From Pristiophorus japonicus (taxonomy: Eukaryota), in contig NC_091999.1 of the NCBI RefSeq assembly GCF_044704955.1, forward strand, positions 23,746,001-23,810,000: a DNA stretch of 64,000 nucleotides. The letters run 5' to 3'. This document shows, piece by piece, positions 50,188 through 63,871 of the stretch. Each line of letters opens with the position of its first letter. Position 1 is the stretch's first letter. Made by a program: the position numbers and the translations under genes. The notes under the pieces were generated by a model that was not told the DNA's origin, did no database searches, and worked only from the letters and a program-made list of their open reading frames with translations.

Positions 50188-53100
50188 TAGAAACATAGAA
50201 ACATAGAAAATAGGTGCAGGAGTAGGCCATTCGGCCCTTCTAGCCTGCACCACCATTCAATGAGTTCATGACTGAACATGCAACTTCAGTACTCCATTCC
50301 TGCCTTCTCGCCATACCCCTTGATCCCCCTAGTAGTAAGGACTTCATCAAACTCCTTTTTGAATATATTTAGTGAATTGGCCTCAACAACTTTCTGTGGT
50401 AGAGAATTCCACAGGTTCACCACTCACTGGGTGAGGAAGTTTCTCCTCATTTCGGTCCTAAATTGCTTACCCCTTATCCTCAGACTGTGTCCCCTGATTC
50501 TGGACTTCCCAACATTGGGAACATTCTCTGTGGATCTAACCTTTCTAAACCCATCAAAATTTTAAACGTTTCTATGAAGTCCCCTCTCATTTTTCTGAAC
50601 TCCAGTGAATACAAGCCCAGTTGATCCAGTCTTTCTTGATAGGTCAGTCCCGCCATCCCGGGAATCGCCGCACTCCCTCAATAGCAAGAATGTCCTTCCT
50701 CAGGTTAGGAGATCAAAACTGTACACAATAATCCAGGTGTGGCCTCACCAAGGCCCTGTACAATTGTAGCAACACCTCCCTATCCCTGTACTCAAATCCG
50801 CTCGCTATGAAGACCAACATGCCTTTTGATTTCTTAACCGCCTGCTGTACCTGCATGACAACCTTCAATGACTGATGTACCATGACACCCAGGTCTCGTT
50901 GCACCTCCCATTTTCCTAATCTGTCACCATTCAGATAATAGTCTGTCTCTCTGTTTTTACCACCAAAGTGGATAACCTCACATTTATCCACATTATACCT
51001 CATCTGCATGCATTTGCCCACTCACATAACATATCAAAGTCGCTCTGCAGCCTCATAGCATCCTCCTCGCAGCTCACACTGCCACCCAACTTAGTGTCAT
51101 CCGTAAATTTGGAGATACTACATTTAATCCCATCGTCTAAATCATTAAGGTACAATGTAAACAGCTGGGGCCCCAGCACAGAACATTGCGGTACCCCACT
51201 AGTCAATGCCTGCCATTCTGAAAAGTACCCATTTACTCCTACACTGTGCCTCCTGTCTCACAACCAGTTCTCAATCCATGTCAGCGCACTACCCCCAATC
51301 CCATGTGCTTTAACTTTGCACATTAACCTCTTGTGTGGGACCTTGTCGAAAGCCTTCTGAAAGTCCAAATATACCACATCAACTGGTTCTCCCTTGTCCA
51401 CTCCACTGGAAACATCCTCAAAAAATTCCAGAAGATTTGTCAAGCATGATTTCCCTTTCACAAATCCATGCTGACTTGGACCGATCATGTCACATCTTTC
51501 CAAATGCACTGCTATGACATCCTTAATAATTGATTCCATCATTTTACCCACTACCGGTGTCAGGCTGACCGGTCTATAATTCCCCGTTGTCTCTCTCCCT
51601 GCTTTTTTAAAAAGTGGGATTACATTGGCTTCTCTCCACTCGATAGGAACTGATCCTGAGTCAATGGAATGTTGGAAAACGACTGTCAATGCATCCGCTA
51701 TTTCCAAGGCAACCTCCTTAAGTACGCTGGGATGCAGTGCATCAGGCCCTGGTGATTTATCGGCCTTCAATTCCATCAATTTCCCCAACACAATTTCCCG
51801 ACTAATAAGAATTAACTCAGTTCCTCCTCCTTACTAGACCCTCTGACCCCTTTTATATCCGGAAGGTTGTTTGTGTCCTGCTTAGTGAATACCGAACCAA
51901 AGTACTTGTTCAACTGGTCCGCCATTTCTTTGTTCCCCGTTATGATTCCCCTGATTCTGACTGCAGGGGACCAACCTTTGTCTTTACTAACCTTTTTCCC
52001 TTACATATCTATAGAAACTTTTGCAATCCATCTTAATGTTCTCTGCAAGCTTCTTCTCGTAATCCATTTTCCTTGCCCTCATCAAACCCTTTGTCCTCCT
52101 CTGCTAAGTTCTAAATTTCTCCCAGTCCCCGGGTTCGATCTATTTCTGGCCAATTTGTATGCCACTTCCCTGGCTTCAATACTATCCCTGATTTCCCTTG
52201 ATAGCCACGGTTGAGCCACCTTCCCTTTTTCATTTTTACGCCAGACAGCAATGTACAATTGTTGTAGTTCATCCATGCGGTCTCTAAATGTCTGCCATTG
52301 CCCATCCACAGTCAACCCCTTAAGTCTAATTCGCCAATCTATCTTTGCCAATTCACGCCTCATATCGTCAAAGTTCGCCTTCTTTAAGTTCTGGACCATG
52401 GTCTCTGAATTATCTGTTTCATTCTGCATCCTAATGCAGAATTCCACCATATTATGGTCAATCTTCCCCAAGGGGTCTCGCAAAACGAGATAGCTAATTA
52501 ATCCTCTCTCATTACACAACACCCAGTCTAAGATGGACTCCCCCCTAGTTGGTTCCTCGACATATTGGTCTCGAAAACCATCTCTTATGCACCCCAGGAA
52601 ATCCTCCTTCACCGTATTGCTTCAAGTTTGGTTCGCCCAATCTATGTGCATATTAAAGTCACCCATTATAACTGCTGCACCTTTATTGCTTGCACCGCTA
52701 ATTTCCTGTTTGATGCCCTCCCCGACATCACTACTACTGTTGTGAGGTCTGTACACAACTCCCACTAACGTTTTTTGCCCTTTGATGTTCTGCAGCTCTA
52801 CCCATATAGATTCCACATCATCCAAGCTAATGTCCTTCCTTACTATTGCATTAATCTCCTCCTTAACCAGCAATGCTACCCCACCTCCATTTCCTTTTAT
52901 TCTATCCTTCCTGAAAGTTGAATACCCCTGGATGTTGAGTTCCCAGCTCTGATCATCCTGGAGCCACGACTCTGTAATCCAAATCACATCATATTTGTTA
53001 AGAACTATTTGCACAGTTAATTCATCCAACTTATTACGGATACTCCTTGCATTAAGACACAAAGCCTTCAGGCTTGTTTTTTTAACATCCTTTGTCCTTT

Positions 53101-53320
53101 TAGAATTTTGCTGTACAGTGGCCCTTTTTGTTCTTTGCCTTGGGTTTCTCTGCCCTCCACTTTTCCTCATCTCCTTTCTGTCTTTTGCTTTTGTCTCCTT
53201 TTTGTTTCCCTCTGTCTCCCTGCATTCGTTCCCATCCCCCTGCCATATTAGTTTAACTCCTCCCCAACAGCACTAGCAAACACTCCCACTCAGGCATTGG
53301 TTCCGGTCCTGCCCAGGTAG
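50188..53320 (-). mobile_element. CR1 LINE with end of ORF1 and near-complete ORF2, nested in an older sense CR1
   Basis: ORF1 end (FASAVGEELN*), EN (CLNARSIRNK, GDFN), RT (YLDFQKAFDKV, KFTDDTK) and (CATAGAAA) tail; the host CR1 stops at 50187 and resumes at 53321. Confidence 0.92.
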
Positions 53321-54630
53321 GACAATAAAGTAGCTATAGAGAGGAGGAAACTTCAAACAATCAGTTTCACTAAAGAAAGATTATTGGGTAAAATAATAGG
53401 ACTAAAGTTGGATAAGGCGCCTGGAATTGATGGTCTGCTTCCTCGGGTCTTAAAAGAAGTGGCTGCAGAGATATTGAATGGATTGGTTGCAATTTACCAA
53501 AATTCCCTGGATTTTGGAGAGATCCCAACAGATTGGAAAATCGCAAATATAACGGTCATATTTAAAAAAGTAAGACGACAGAAAGCAGGAAATTGTGCAC
53601 AGGTTCCTTTAGTGAGGTATAAGAAGCATTACATTTGGAAACGCATGACACATTCAAGCGGAGTCAGCATGCTTTTTTGAAAAGTAAATCATGTTTGGCA
53701 AATTTTCTTGAGTTCTTTGAGGATGTAATTATCAGGGTGATAAGGGGGTACAAGTGTATGTGCTGTATTTGGATGTCCAGAAGGCATTCGATAAGTTGCC
53801 ACATAAAAGGTTACTGCAAATGATACAAGCTCAGCGGGTCGGTGGTAATATAATGGCATAGATAGAGATTTGGCTAACTAAAGAAAAGAAAATGTTGGAA
53901 TAAACGGGTCATTTTACGGTGAGCAAACGGTTACTATTGGGATGCCACAGTTATCGGTGCTATGGCCTCAACTATTTACAATCTATATTAATGAGTTGGT
54001 TGAAGGGACCGAATATAATTTAGCCAAGTTTGCTGATGACACAAAAATGCGTGGGAAAGCATGTTGTGAGGAGGACACAAATAAGCTGCAAAGGGATATA
54101 GACAGGCTAAGTGAGTGGGAAAACATTTGGCAGATGGTGTATAAATTGCGAAAGTGTGAGCTTATCCACTTTGGCACGAACAATAAAAAAGCAATGTAAT
54201 ATTTTAATGGAGATGGATTAGAAAATGGAGTAGGACAGAGGGGCCTGACGTCTTGAGCATGAAATACAAAAGTTAGTATTTATGTACAGCAAGTAATCAG
54301 GAAGGCAAATTGAATGTTGGTCTTTATTGCAAAGAGGATGGAAGTTAAACACAGGGAAATCCTGCTACACTGTAGAGGTTATTGGTTTGACCACACCAAC
54401 AGTACTGCATACAGTTTTGGTCTCCTTATTTAAGGATGGATATCCTGGTTTTTGAGGCAGTTCAGAAAAGTTTCACTAGTTTGAATCCTGTGATAAAAGG
54501 GGGGACTTATGAAAATAGGTTGATCAGGTTTGATCTATACACATTGGGGATTAGAAGAATGAGAAGTGATCACATTGAAACATATAAGTTACTGAGGGTG
54601 TTCGACAAGGTAGATGCAGAGAGTATGTTT
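53321..54630 (+). mobile_element. Decayed CR1 RT fragment (continuation of 50150-50187)
   Basis: ORFs 53384..53680, 53942..54199 and 54436..54693; paralog of 47545-48925. Confidence 0.85.
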
Positions 54631-55754
54631 AACTATCAATCTAGCTGTCCATTTTCCTCCACCCACCCGAATTGGATCCGATTTCTGATGTGAATCTCAA
54701 TAGTATACAAGCATTGGTGAGATGAATGTTTTACTCAACCCCAGAACTTGAGGTGAAATGTAAACGCTGACAGGGGTTGAAGGACTGCTCTTTCTAATGG
54801 TGGACAGGACGTGTCAGTAGTTCAGTACCTTTATTTGGATCTGGATTCAAATTCAGACACAGATAGACGGGATACAGCTGTCCTCCCATATTGGTGGACT
54901 GGGTAGGCCAATGTTCCTGAGCTATGTTATTACAGAGTGACAGTGTTCATCTTCGATCTGGTGTCAGTGGATACTGATATTTTCATCTGTGACTTCCTCA
55001 CACTACATTTATACATGCCTGCTCCCATAACCACCGTGCAGTAAATCATGTGTCAGTACATACTGAGATTTATATCTCCTGACTTCCTCCCACAATATTT
55101 GTGTATGACTAGTTCTCACTGCCATTGTGCGGTAGATCATGTTTCAGCACACAATATGATTTCTATACCCTGATGATGACACTAAGCATTTTCCACATTC
55201 TTAATCCGAACGGAAAACTGAGATGACCTTTTATTCAAAATAATTCGCTATCCTTCTGTTCACATCCTTGATCTACTCCTTGGCATTCAAAAGGAATTTT
55301 GTCAATCAACCAAATTGTTTATTGCATCAATACCTTTCTATCTATCAGTCTGCCCAATAATCTACATATTGCCCTATCTATCTTAATTTATATCAACATA
55401 TGCTTGNNNNNNNNNNNNNNNNNNNNNNNNNNNNNNNNNNNNNNNNNNNNNNNNNNNNNNNNNNNNNNNNNNNNNNNNNNNNNNNNNNNNNNNNNNNNNN
55501 NNNNNNNNNNNNNNNNNNNNNNNNNNNNNNNNNNNNNNNNNNNNNNNNNNNNNNNNNNNNNNNNNNNNNNNNNNNNNNNNNNNNNNNNNNNNNNNNNNNN
55601 NNNNNNNNNNNNNNNNNNNNNNNNNNNNNNNNNNNNNNNNNNNNNNNNNNNNNNNNNNNNNNNNNNNNNNNNNNNNNNNNNNNNNNNNNNNNNNNNNCCA
55701 TCGATCTATCCATCTATGCACATATCTATCTATCTGTCTATCTATCTGTCTACT

Positions 55755-56310
55755 GAACATGCTGGACATAATCAGCAGGTCTGACTGTGTCTGTGGAGAG
55801 ATAGGTAGGTTTAAGATTTCAGGTCGAAAACCCTTCATCAAAAGTGGAAACAGTTGGATATGTTACATATTATTAAGCAAGTTTCAAGTCAGGGTTAGGT
55901 GGTGTGGAGTAAAGAACAAATGATAAGCTCTGTGATAGAATGGAAGGCAAGAGTGATATAAAGACAAAAGCGATGATGGTGCTAGGCAAAGGGAGATGGT
56001 ATGGGACAAGTTAAGAAACACATGTTTGTTCCGCATGAAGTATAAATGGGAACGGCAGAACCATCAACTGCTGCCATTTGGCAGAAAAACATAGAGGCGG
56101 AAGTTCTGGTCTGAAATTCTATTGAATTCGATATTGAGCAAGTAATGCTATAAAATCGAAGATAAGGTGCTATTCCTCGTGCTTGCATTGAGATTCGTTG
56201 GAACCGTGTAAGAGACTGAGGATGGAGACGTCAGTGTGGGAGTGGAGCAGAAAATTAAAGCGAGAAGCGGGTTCATGCTTATGGGCTGAATGGAACTATT
56301 CTTCAAAGGT
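55755..56310 (-). mobile_element. Penelope-like element 3' fragment (GIY-YIG C-terminus plus terminal region)
   Basis: Minus strand FNFLLHSHTDVSILSLLHGSNESQCKHEE*HLIF/LNIEF; related terminal fragments at about 16085-16175 and 58010-58140. Confidence 0.7.
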
Positions 56311-56379
56311 GTACAAGTGTGGTCTCGATATCACACTTAGGACGCTGTGTTCAGTTCTGACCTACATAATCACACTTAA

Positions 56380-56895
56380 TTTACTGAGCATCGTTCTGGC
56401 TTCCATATGAGAAGAATGATACAGAAGCACTGGAGAAGTGCAAATAAAGATTTCCAAGGAGAATACCAGAACTGAACGATTTTAACTGCCAAGAATAAAT
56501 TAAACCGGCTGGGGATCTTTTTTTTCAAGAAAAGGGAAGGCTGAGGGGTGACCGAATAAAGTTTTTTGAAATTATGAAGGGGTTTGAAAGGTTAGTCGGG
56601 TAGAAGATATTTCTGCTTGAGTAGGAGCCTGATACTAGGGCCCATAAATATAAGATATTCAATAGGTAATTCAGGAGGGTCTTCTTTACCCAGAGAGTGG
56701 GTAGATTGTGGATCTCGCTACCATAGGTAGTAGTAATTGAGGCAAATATCATAGATGCGTTTCAGGGGAATGCAGATAAGTACACGACGGATAAAGGGAT
56801 CGAAGGTGTTGATAGGTGGTGAAGAAGTAGGGAGAGAGGAGACTCATGTGCAACATAAAAATCAGCCTATTGGACTGAATCGCCTGTTTCTATGA
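56380..56895 (+). mobile_element. Old CR1 3' fragment
   Basis: Degenerate RLRGD.IKFFEIMKGF and FFTQRVGRLW motifs plus 3'UTR. Confidence 0.75.
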
Positions 56896-56964
56896 AAAAA
56901 CTCTTCACAATTCTTAATTGTTTGGATTGCAATAAATAATATCAATAAAATAAATTTCTTGCAC

Positions 56965-57245
56965 ATCGTGTGGTACATCATTCAACCGTTATCCTCATGC
57001 TGACGTCCGTGAAGAAATCACCAGCAACAAATATGCATCAGCTGTGTGTTCAATCCTCGAATTCCGTCCAAAGAGTGAGACCTTGAATTGGCTGATCACT
57101 CATGCATCAGGGCTTCGTCACCTCTCCCATCTGTGAAGTGAACTGAAACTTCTCGGTGACCAGTCGGCTGACATTGCCAAGGTTTCTACCTACCAGGTCT
57201 CTCATCAAGGGTTCAGACAAAGCCGAAACTTTGCCAGATCTCACG
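56965..57245 (+). pseudogene. IGHM: IgM Cmu2 exon, heavily decayed pseudogene (cluster 2)
   Basis: STVILML/EEITSNKYASAVCSILEFRPKSETLNWL../MHQGFVTSPICEVN*NFSVTSRLTLP../TYQVSHQGFRQSRNF matches shark Cmu2 (EEITS..FATVLCSI.DF.P...[23 protein letters not shown]). Acceptor mutated to AC and donor to AT. Confidence 0.85.
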
Positions 57246-57559
57246 ATAATGGAGACCAGCCCGTGGAGTCCCAAATCATTATGAGCGCGGATGTCAATCA
57301 GAGCTTTTATTCGAATTAGTAAACAGCACAGAACTTTTTTCATTGCCAAACGTACAGCTTGGACTTCCTTTCGTTGTACGTCCTAATTTAAGTTCCCTCA
57401 TGGTTCAGAATTCCATAACCTCGTCAAAGGTTTCCCTGAGCGGTGATGTCGGATAGTGAGTGAGGTGTCCTTAGTCTGAGGTTTATGCTGAGAAAGCTCT
57501 ATTTCTAATATACAATCGTGCTGTTTATGGTTTCTTCCATTATAATATAAAAGAAAGAA

Positions 57560-57965
57560 ATGCCATGGCCGAACTCCAGTTGTCCTAAAGTGCTTCACCA
57601 CCAAGGAAGTTCTTCTTGAATTGTGGTCACTGTTTTACTGTAGAAATCGCGTCGGCCAATGTTCAGACAGTAAGGTCCCACGAACAGCAATGTGATAATG
57701 ACCAGATAATCTTTTTGTTTAGTGCTGTTTGTTGAGTCGTAAGTATTGTCCAGGACAACTGGGAGAAATGCCCTGCTCATCTTCGAAATAACCCCAAGGG
57801 ATATTTTCCATCCAATTCAAAGGGCAGATGGGGCCTTGGTTTCCTATCTCATCCGAAATATGGTACTCCCACAATGCAGCGCTACCTCAGTATTGCACTG
57901 GGAGTAGCAGCTTACATTTTTTGTTCAAGAATGTGGAGTGCGACTTGAACCCACAATCTTCTGAT
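57560..57965 (-). mobile_element. tRNA-derived SINE (antisense)
   Basis: Reverse-complement relative of 41670-42115, ending in cttgaacccacaatcttctga. Confidence 0.65.
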
Positions 57966-58269
57966 TCGGGATTCCTCATGGTTCAGGATTTAATAACCTC
58001 GCAAGATGTTCGCCCTGACGAAGGGTCATCGACCTCAAACGTTAACTATTTTGTATCTCCACAGATGCTGCCTGACCCGCTGAGATTTCCAGTATTTTCT
58101 GTTTTTTTTTCAGATTGCAGCATCTGCAGTATTTTGCTCTTGCTTTCCCTCTGCTCTAATTTCAGATAATATGTCTGCTGCCCTTGGTCTCAGGTTTATA
58201 CTGAGATGGAGCGACAGGCGGTGTTGGAACCCTTTGCTGGTAACTGTCTCAGGACCCACTGCTAGAAAG

Positions 58270-58740
58270 AGCGCCTGCCCTATTTAGAACATTGTGTTCA
58301 GTTCCGTGCACCGCGCTGCAGGATGGATATACCGGCTTTGGAACGGGTGCAATGCAAATTCACCCGAATCATACCGGGGCTAAAATGGTTAAATAATGCG
58401 GACAGGTAGCACAGAATAGGCTTGTATTACTTTGCATTTTGAAGGTAAAGAGGTGATATAAGTTGTTTAACTTGATAAACGGAATTGTTAGGGTAGAGAG
58501 AAAATATTTCCTTGGTGCGGGATTGAGAACAAGGGGCAGAAACCCAAAATTCGAGCGAGCCCATTGAGGAGTGAGGTCAGGAAGGATTCTTTCACACAAA
58601 TGATAATAGTAATCTGGAAATCTCTCCCCCAACAGCTGTTGAGGCGGAGGATCAATTGAAAATGTCAAAACTGAGATTGATACATCTTTGTTAGGCAAGG
58701 GGTTACACAAATGAGGCGGATAGATGATATTGAGGTATAG
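58270..58740 (+). mobile_element. CR1 3' fragment, split by the Gypsy element (remainder at 63141-63200)
   Basis: LEHCVQF...ERVQCKFTRIIP; 3'UTR gaggtatag|...|tgcaggtcatcc...aattgaatgg. Confidence 0.75.
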
Positions 58741-61700
58741 TATTGTGTTCCTAACACAGATGAGACTTCAGAGGAAGGTTAAAGTAACAGTGACCTCAGT
58801 CTTTATTAAGACAATCCAGAGTGAGTAACAGACCTTCGGGGCCAGCTTATATACAGTGCTCTCAAGGAATGCTGGGATCCCTTGGGTCTTCTGGGGATGC
58901 GCTCCCTGGTGGCGGAACATGGGAGTGCATGCTTTACAGATGCACAGCATCACTCCCCCTCAAAGTCAAAGTGAAAACTATTTACAAGGTGAGGCGGTCG
59001 GGAGCCTTTCTTTCCCTGGTGCACGGCCTTGATACAAATGTCGGTTCTGGTGTGTTGGCTGCACCCTCGCTGGGCTGGTGTGTTGTTGGCCCTGCAGAGC
59101 TGCTGGGTGAGCCTGGCCTTGCTGGGCTGTTGGGCGTGATGGGTTCGATTTCCTGGTCCGGCGTGGTGTTGTTGATCCTTTTGGTGTGTGTTATGCGCTC
59201 GAAAAATGTGGTGTCTGTTGTGGGTTGTTCAGGGCAGTCTATGAACCACAGCCTCGTGTGGTCCAAGTGCTTCTGCAAATTTGTCCATTGGCTAGTTTGA
59301 GTACAAACATCCTACTCCCTTCTTTAGCTATCACCCTGCCCGCGATCCACTTCGGACCATGTCCATAGTTTAGTACATACACAGGGTCATTCAGATCAAT
59401 TTCCCCTGACACAGTGGCGCGACCATCGTTTACATTTTGTTGCTGCCGCCTGCTCTCTACCTGGTCATGCAGGTTGTGGAGAACCAGTGAGAGTCTGGTT
59501 TTAAGTGTCCTTTTCATGAATAGCTCAGCCGGGGGAACCCCTGTGAGTGAGTGGGGTCACGTGCAGTAGCTGAGCAGCACTCGGGACAGGCGGGTTTCGA
59601 GTAAGCCTTCTGTAACTTGTTTGAGGCTCTGTTTGATTGTTTGTACTGCCCGCTCTGCCTGCTCATTGGAGGATGGTTCAAACGGGGCAGAGGTGACATG
59701 TTTGATCCCATTGCGGGTCATGAATTCTTTAAATTCGGCACTGGTGAAACATGGCCCGTTGTCACTGACCAGTATGTCAGGCTGGCCGTGGGCGGCAAAC
59801 ATGGCCCTCAGGCTTTCAATGATGGCGGTGGCGGTGCTTCCCGACATTATTTCACATTCAATCCATTTTGAAAAATCATCCACCACCACCAGGAACATTA
59901 TACCGAGAAACGGGCCCGCATAGTCGACATGGATCCTCGATCATGGTCTGGAGGGCCAGGACTACAAATTTAGTGGTGCCTCTCTGGGCGTGTTGCTCAA
60001 CTGAGCACGCATGCTGCATTGGCATACACAAGACTTCAAGTCAGAGTCGATACCGGGCCACCACACGTGGGATCTGGCTATCGCTTTCATCATTACTTTA
60101 CCCGGTGGTGTGCTTTGGAGATCCGAGATGAACGTCTCCCTGCCCGTTTTGGGTAGCACTAGGCGGTTACTGCACAACAGGCAGTCTGCCTGAATGGACA
60201 GCTTGTCCTTTCACCGCTGGAACGGCTTGATTAGCTTTTGCATTTCAACGGGTTTGCTGGCCCAGCTCGTATGCAGTACACAGTTTTTTACTCGGGACAA
60301 AAGGGGTTCTTGGCTGATCCAAGTCCGAATCTGGTGGTCCGTGATCGGTGATTTATCATTTTCAAAAGCTTCCATGCCCATCAACAAGTCTGCGGGCTGC
60401 GCCACCGTCAATAAGTTTGCAGGCTGCGCCATTTACACCCCCATGGTGGGCAATGGTAGCCAACTGAGAACAACTGCACAGTTATCGGTGCCTGGCCTGT
60501 GGCGGATGGTATAGTTATACGCTGATAGTGCGAGTGCCCACCTTTGTATGCGGGATGAGACATTAGTATTTATCCCCTTGTTTTCAGTGAACAGGGATAT
60601 GAGGGGCTTGTGATCGGTTTCTAGCTCAAATATGAGGCCAAACAGGTACTGACGCATTTTCTTTACCCCGAACACACACGTTAATGCGTTTTTATCAATC
60701 ATTCTGTAGGCCCTCTCGGCCTTAGACAAGCTCCTGGAGGCATAGGCGACAGGTTGCAACTTCTCCGCATTGTTAGCTTGTTGTAATACACACTCGACTC
60801 TGTACGACGACGCATCACATGCTAGCACAAGTCTTTTACATGGGTTATGCAATACAAGCAGCTTGATGGAGCATAAAATATTTCTGGCTTTCTCAAAAGC
60901 AATACTTGTTTTTTTCCCCATAACCAGTTCTCACCTTTAGGCAATAACACATGTAGGTGCTCTAAGAGGATGCTTAACCCCGGTAGGAAGTAATCAAAAT
61001 AGTTAAGGAGTCCCAGGTACGACCGCAGCTGAAGGACCTCCTCCAAGTTTTGTAGGTGCTCGATGGTGTCCCGACCTGTGACCAATATGTCGTCCTGAAA
61101 AACCACCGTGCGGGGTACTGACTTGAGTAGGCTCTCCGTGTTTCTCTGGAAGATCGCTGCAGCCGACCGAGTTCCAAATGGGTATCTGTAGTAGATGAAC
61201 AATCCTTTTGCATGTTGATGCAGGTGAGGCCATTCGAAGACACCTCCAGCTCTTGCATCATGTAGGCCGAAGTTAGGTCGAGCTTGGCCAACATCTTGCC
61301 TCCTGCCAGCGTCACAAATACGTCATCTGCCTTAGGTAGTGGGTATTTGTCCTGTAGAGAGAAACGATTAATAGTTACTTTATAATCGCCACAAATCCAG
61401 ACCGTGCCATCACTTTTGAGTACTGGAACAATCGGGCTGGCCCACTCGCTGAATTCTACTGGGGAGATCATGCCCTCGCGTTGCAGCTGTCCAGCTCGAT
61501 TTCCACTCTGTCCCTCATCATGTGCAGTACCTCTCGCGCCTTGTGGTGAAAGGGTCGTGCCTCTGGGACCAAGTGGCACCTTCGCCCGGAAATGTTTCCA
61601 ATGCCTGGCTCAAAAAGGAAGGACAGTTTTGAAGAACCTGTGATAGCGCTCGGAAGTCATCCCAGTTCCGGCGGATTTTGCCCAGTCAGCTCCTTCCAAG

Positions 61701-63140
61701 CAGTGTGGGTCATCCCCCGGGACAAACCAGAGTGGCAGTTCATGCACCGTGCCCTCGTAGGTGACGTTGACCATGGCGCTGCCCAGGACAGTGATAAGCT
61801 ATTTGGTGCAAGTTATCTGTTTCGTGTGGATGGGGCTTAGGGATGGTCTGAGTGCCTTGTTGCACCACAGTCTCTGAAACATCTTTTTACTCAAGGTAGA
61901 TTGGCTAGCGCCAGTGTCCAGTTCAATGGCTACGGGTAAGCAATTCTATTTTATATTTAGCATTATAGGTGGACATTTCATCAAAAATGTGTGAACCCAG
62001 TGTATTTCACCATCTGCCTCCTCTCCCTGAGGCTCGAAATAGCTTTGATCCACCATGGGCCGATCTTCCTCTGCCACGTGGTGGTTAGCACGTTTTGCCG
62101 AGCTTGCAGCTCATCTGCAAGCTCGTTGGAGGAGCTCCATTGTTCCACAGCTCTTGCAACCATACCCTTTGGAGCGGCATGAATAGGCTGAATGGAAGCC
62201 TCCACAAAGCCGTCAAGGTGGAATTGCCTTGCATTAATCCTTTAGCTCTGAGTCATCTGGGTCACCTGAGGCCTTCTGGCAGTTGCAGACTCGTGGGTTC
62301 TGCCCTGTACATTTCTGCTCGAAAACACAGTTCCAGTTAATTTATGAACATTGCTAGCACTTGTGTACTGAGAGATTTGTTTGCTGTTTTCACTGGTGGA
62401 CATAAACGCCTGTGCTATCGCAGTGGCCTTAATGAGTGTAGGTGTCTCTACAGTCAAAATTTTCATAGGATGGTCTCGTGTCCAATACCCAGTACAAAAA
62501 ATCTGAGCATTTGCTCCAGGTAGCCATTAAACTTACATTGTCCTGCAAGTTACCTTAGCTCAGCGACGCAGCTCGCCAATTCTTGACCTTCAGATCGCTG
62601 GCACATGTAGAACCGATACCTCGCCATCAACACGCTCTCCCTCAGGTTAAGATGCTCCCAAACCAGTGTACAGTGCTCCTCATATGACATATCTGTGGGT
62701 TTCACCAGAGCCAGAAGAAACTTCATGAGGCTGTAGGTCGGTGCCCCGCACACCATGAGGAGCACCGCTCTCTTTTTTCCATTGCTTCCTTCTCCATCCA
62801 GCTCGTTGGCTACAAAGTACTGGTCTAGCCGTGCGACATCCACTTCCCAGTCCTCACCATCCGAGAAATTCTCCAGGATGCCCACAGTTTGGTGCATCTT
62901 TGCGTTGGATTCGTATACTCGTCGCCAGTTATTGTGTTCCAAACACAGATGAGACTGCACACAGGGAGGTTAAATTAACAGTGACCTCAGTCTTTATTAA
63001 GACACTCCAGAATGATTAACAGGCCTTAAAGGCCGGCTTATATACAGTGCTCTCAAGGGATGCTGGGATCCCTTGGGACTTCAGGGAATGCGCTGCGAGG
63101 TGTCGGAACATGGGAATGCATGCTATACAGATACACAACA
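58741..63140 (-). mobile_element. Ty3/Gypsy LTR retrotransposon, two LTRs, decayed gag-pol
   Basis: LTRs at 62930-63140 and 58741-58949 (about 210 bp), PBS TGGCGACGAG at 62918-62927, PPT at 58950-58961. Gag (RLDQYFVAN), protease (LDTGAS), RT (WASPIVPV, FQDDIL), RNase H (CDASS, TDHKPL) and integrase (VSDNGP) in Gypsy order. Confidence 0.95.
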
Positions 63141-63871
63141 TGCAGGTCATCCAAGAACTAATTGAATGGAGGAACAGGCTTGATGGACTGAAATTCATAT
63201 TTCCTTCTGACACTCTTTAACAAGGCATGATAAAGGCTCACTAATGATAGAAATGAAAAAACTACTTCACACCAACATTACAAATGATTCCCAAACACAA
63301 AAGACCCCTTGGAATGCCATTCTCCCGACTTTTCTCCTTGGATGGGGGCTGCAAGTGCTGCTTGTACATTTTCATCGCCCCAAAAATCACAAGACACCAG
63401 GATATTAACTGTATTTCGTTTCGATTCTAAAATCCTGAGTTGGATTTGTTATTCGTTTTGAGCCAGTGTAAGTTTCGTGTTGAGCTCTTGAACCTGGGGC
63501 AGAGTCATTTTTAAAACGGTGATAACGTTTGGGCACAAGGATCTTTAGTCGGGCGTAATGGAACAAGGGTTTTCGGGAGGAGCGCTATTCAATTCGTAAC
63601 ACTATTGTGCATGAATGTATTTAATGTTTTACGCCGGGTATTTGCTTCACAGCACATTACAGGTGGCTCTGGATGTAAACACACAGAAAATTTGAAAGAT
63701 TCTCCCGGGCACGTTGCCAATCTGTTGTCCTTCCAATAACGATTTGTTTAAGCGACAGCGAGTGCTTGATATCTCAAAGGTGATTTATTCTTCTTGGGGG
63801 AATGAAGGGTGCATGCTGTTACCCTGATTGTGAAGATGAAGCTTGGCTTGATTTATATTTCTGCTTCACAG

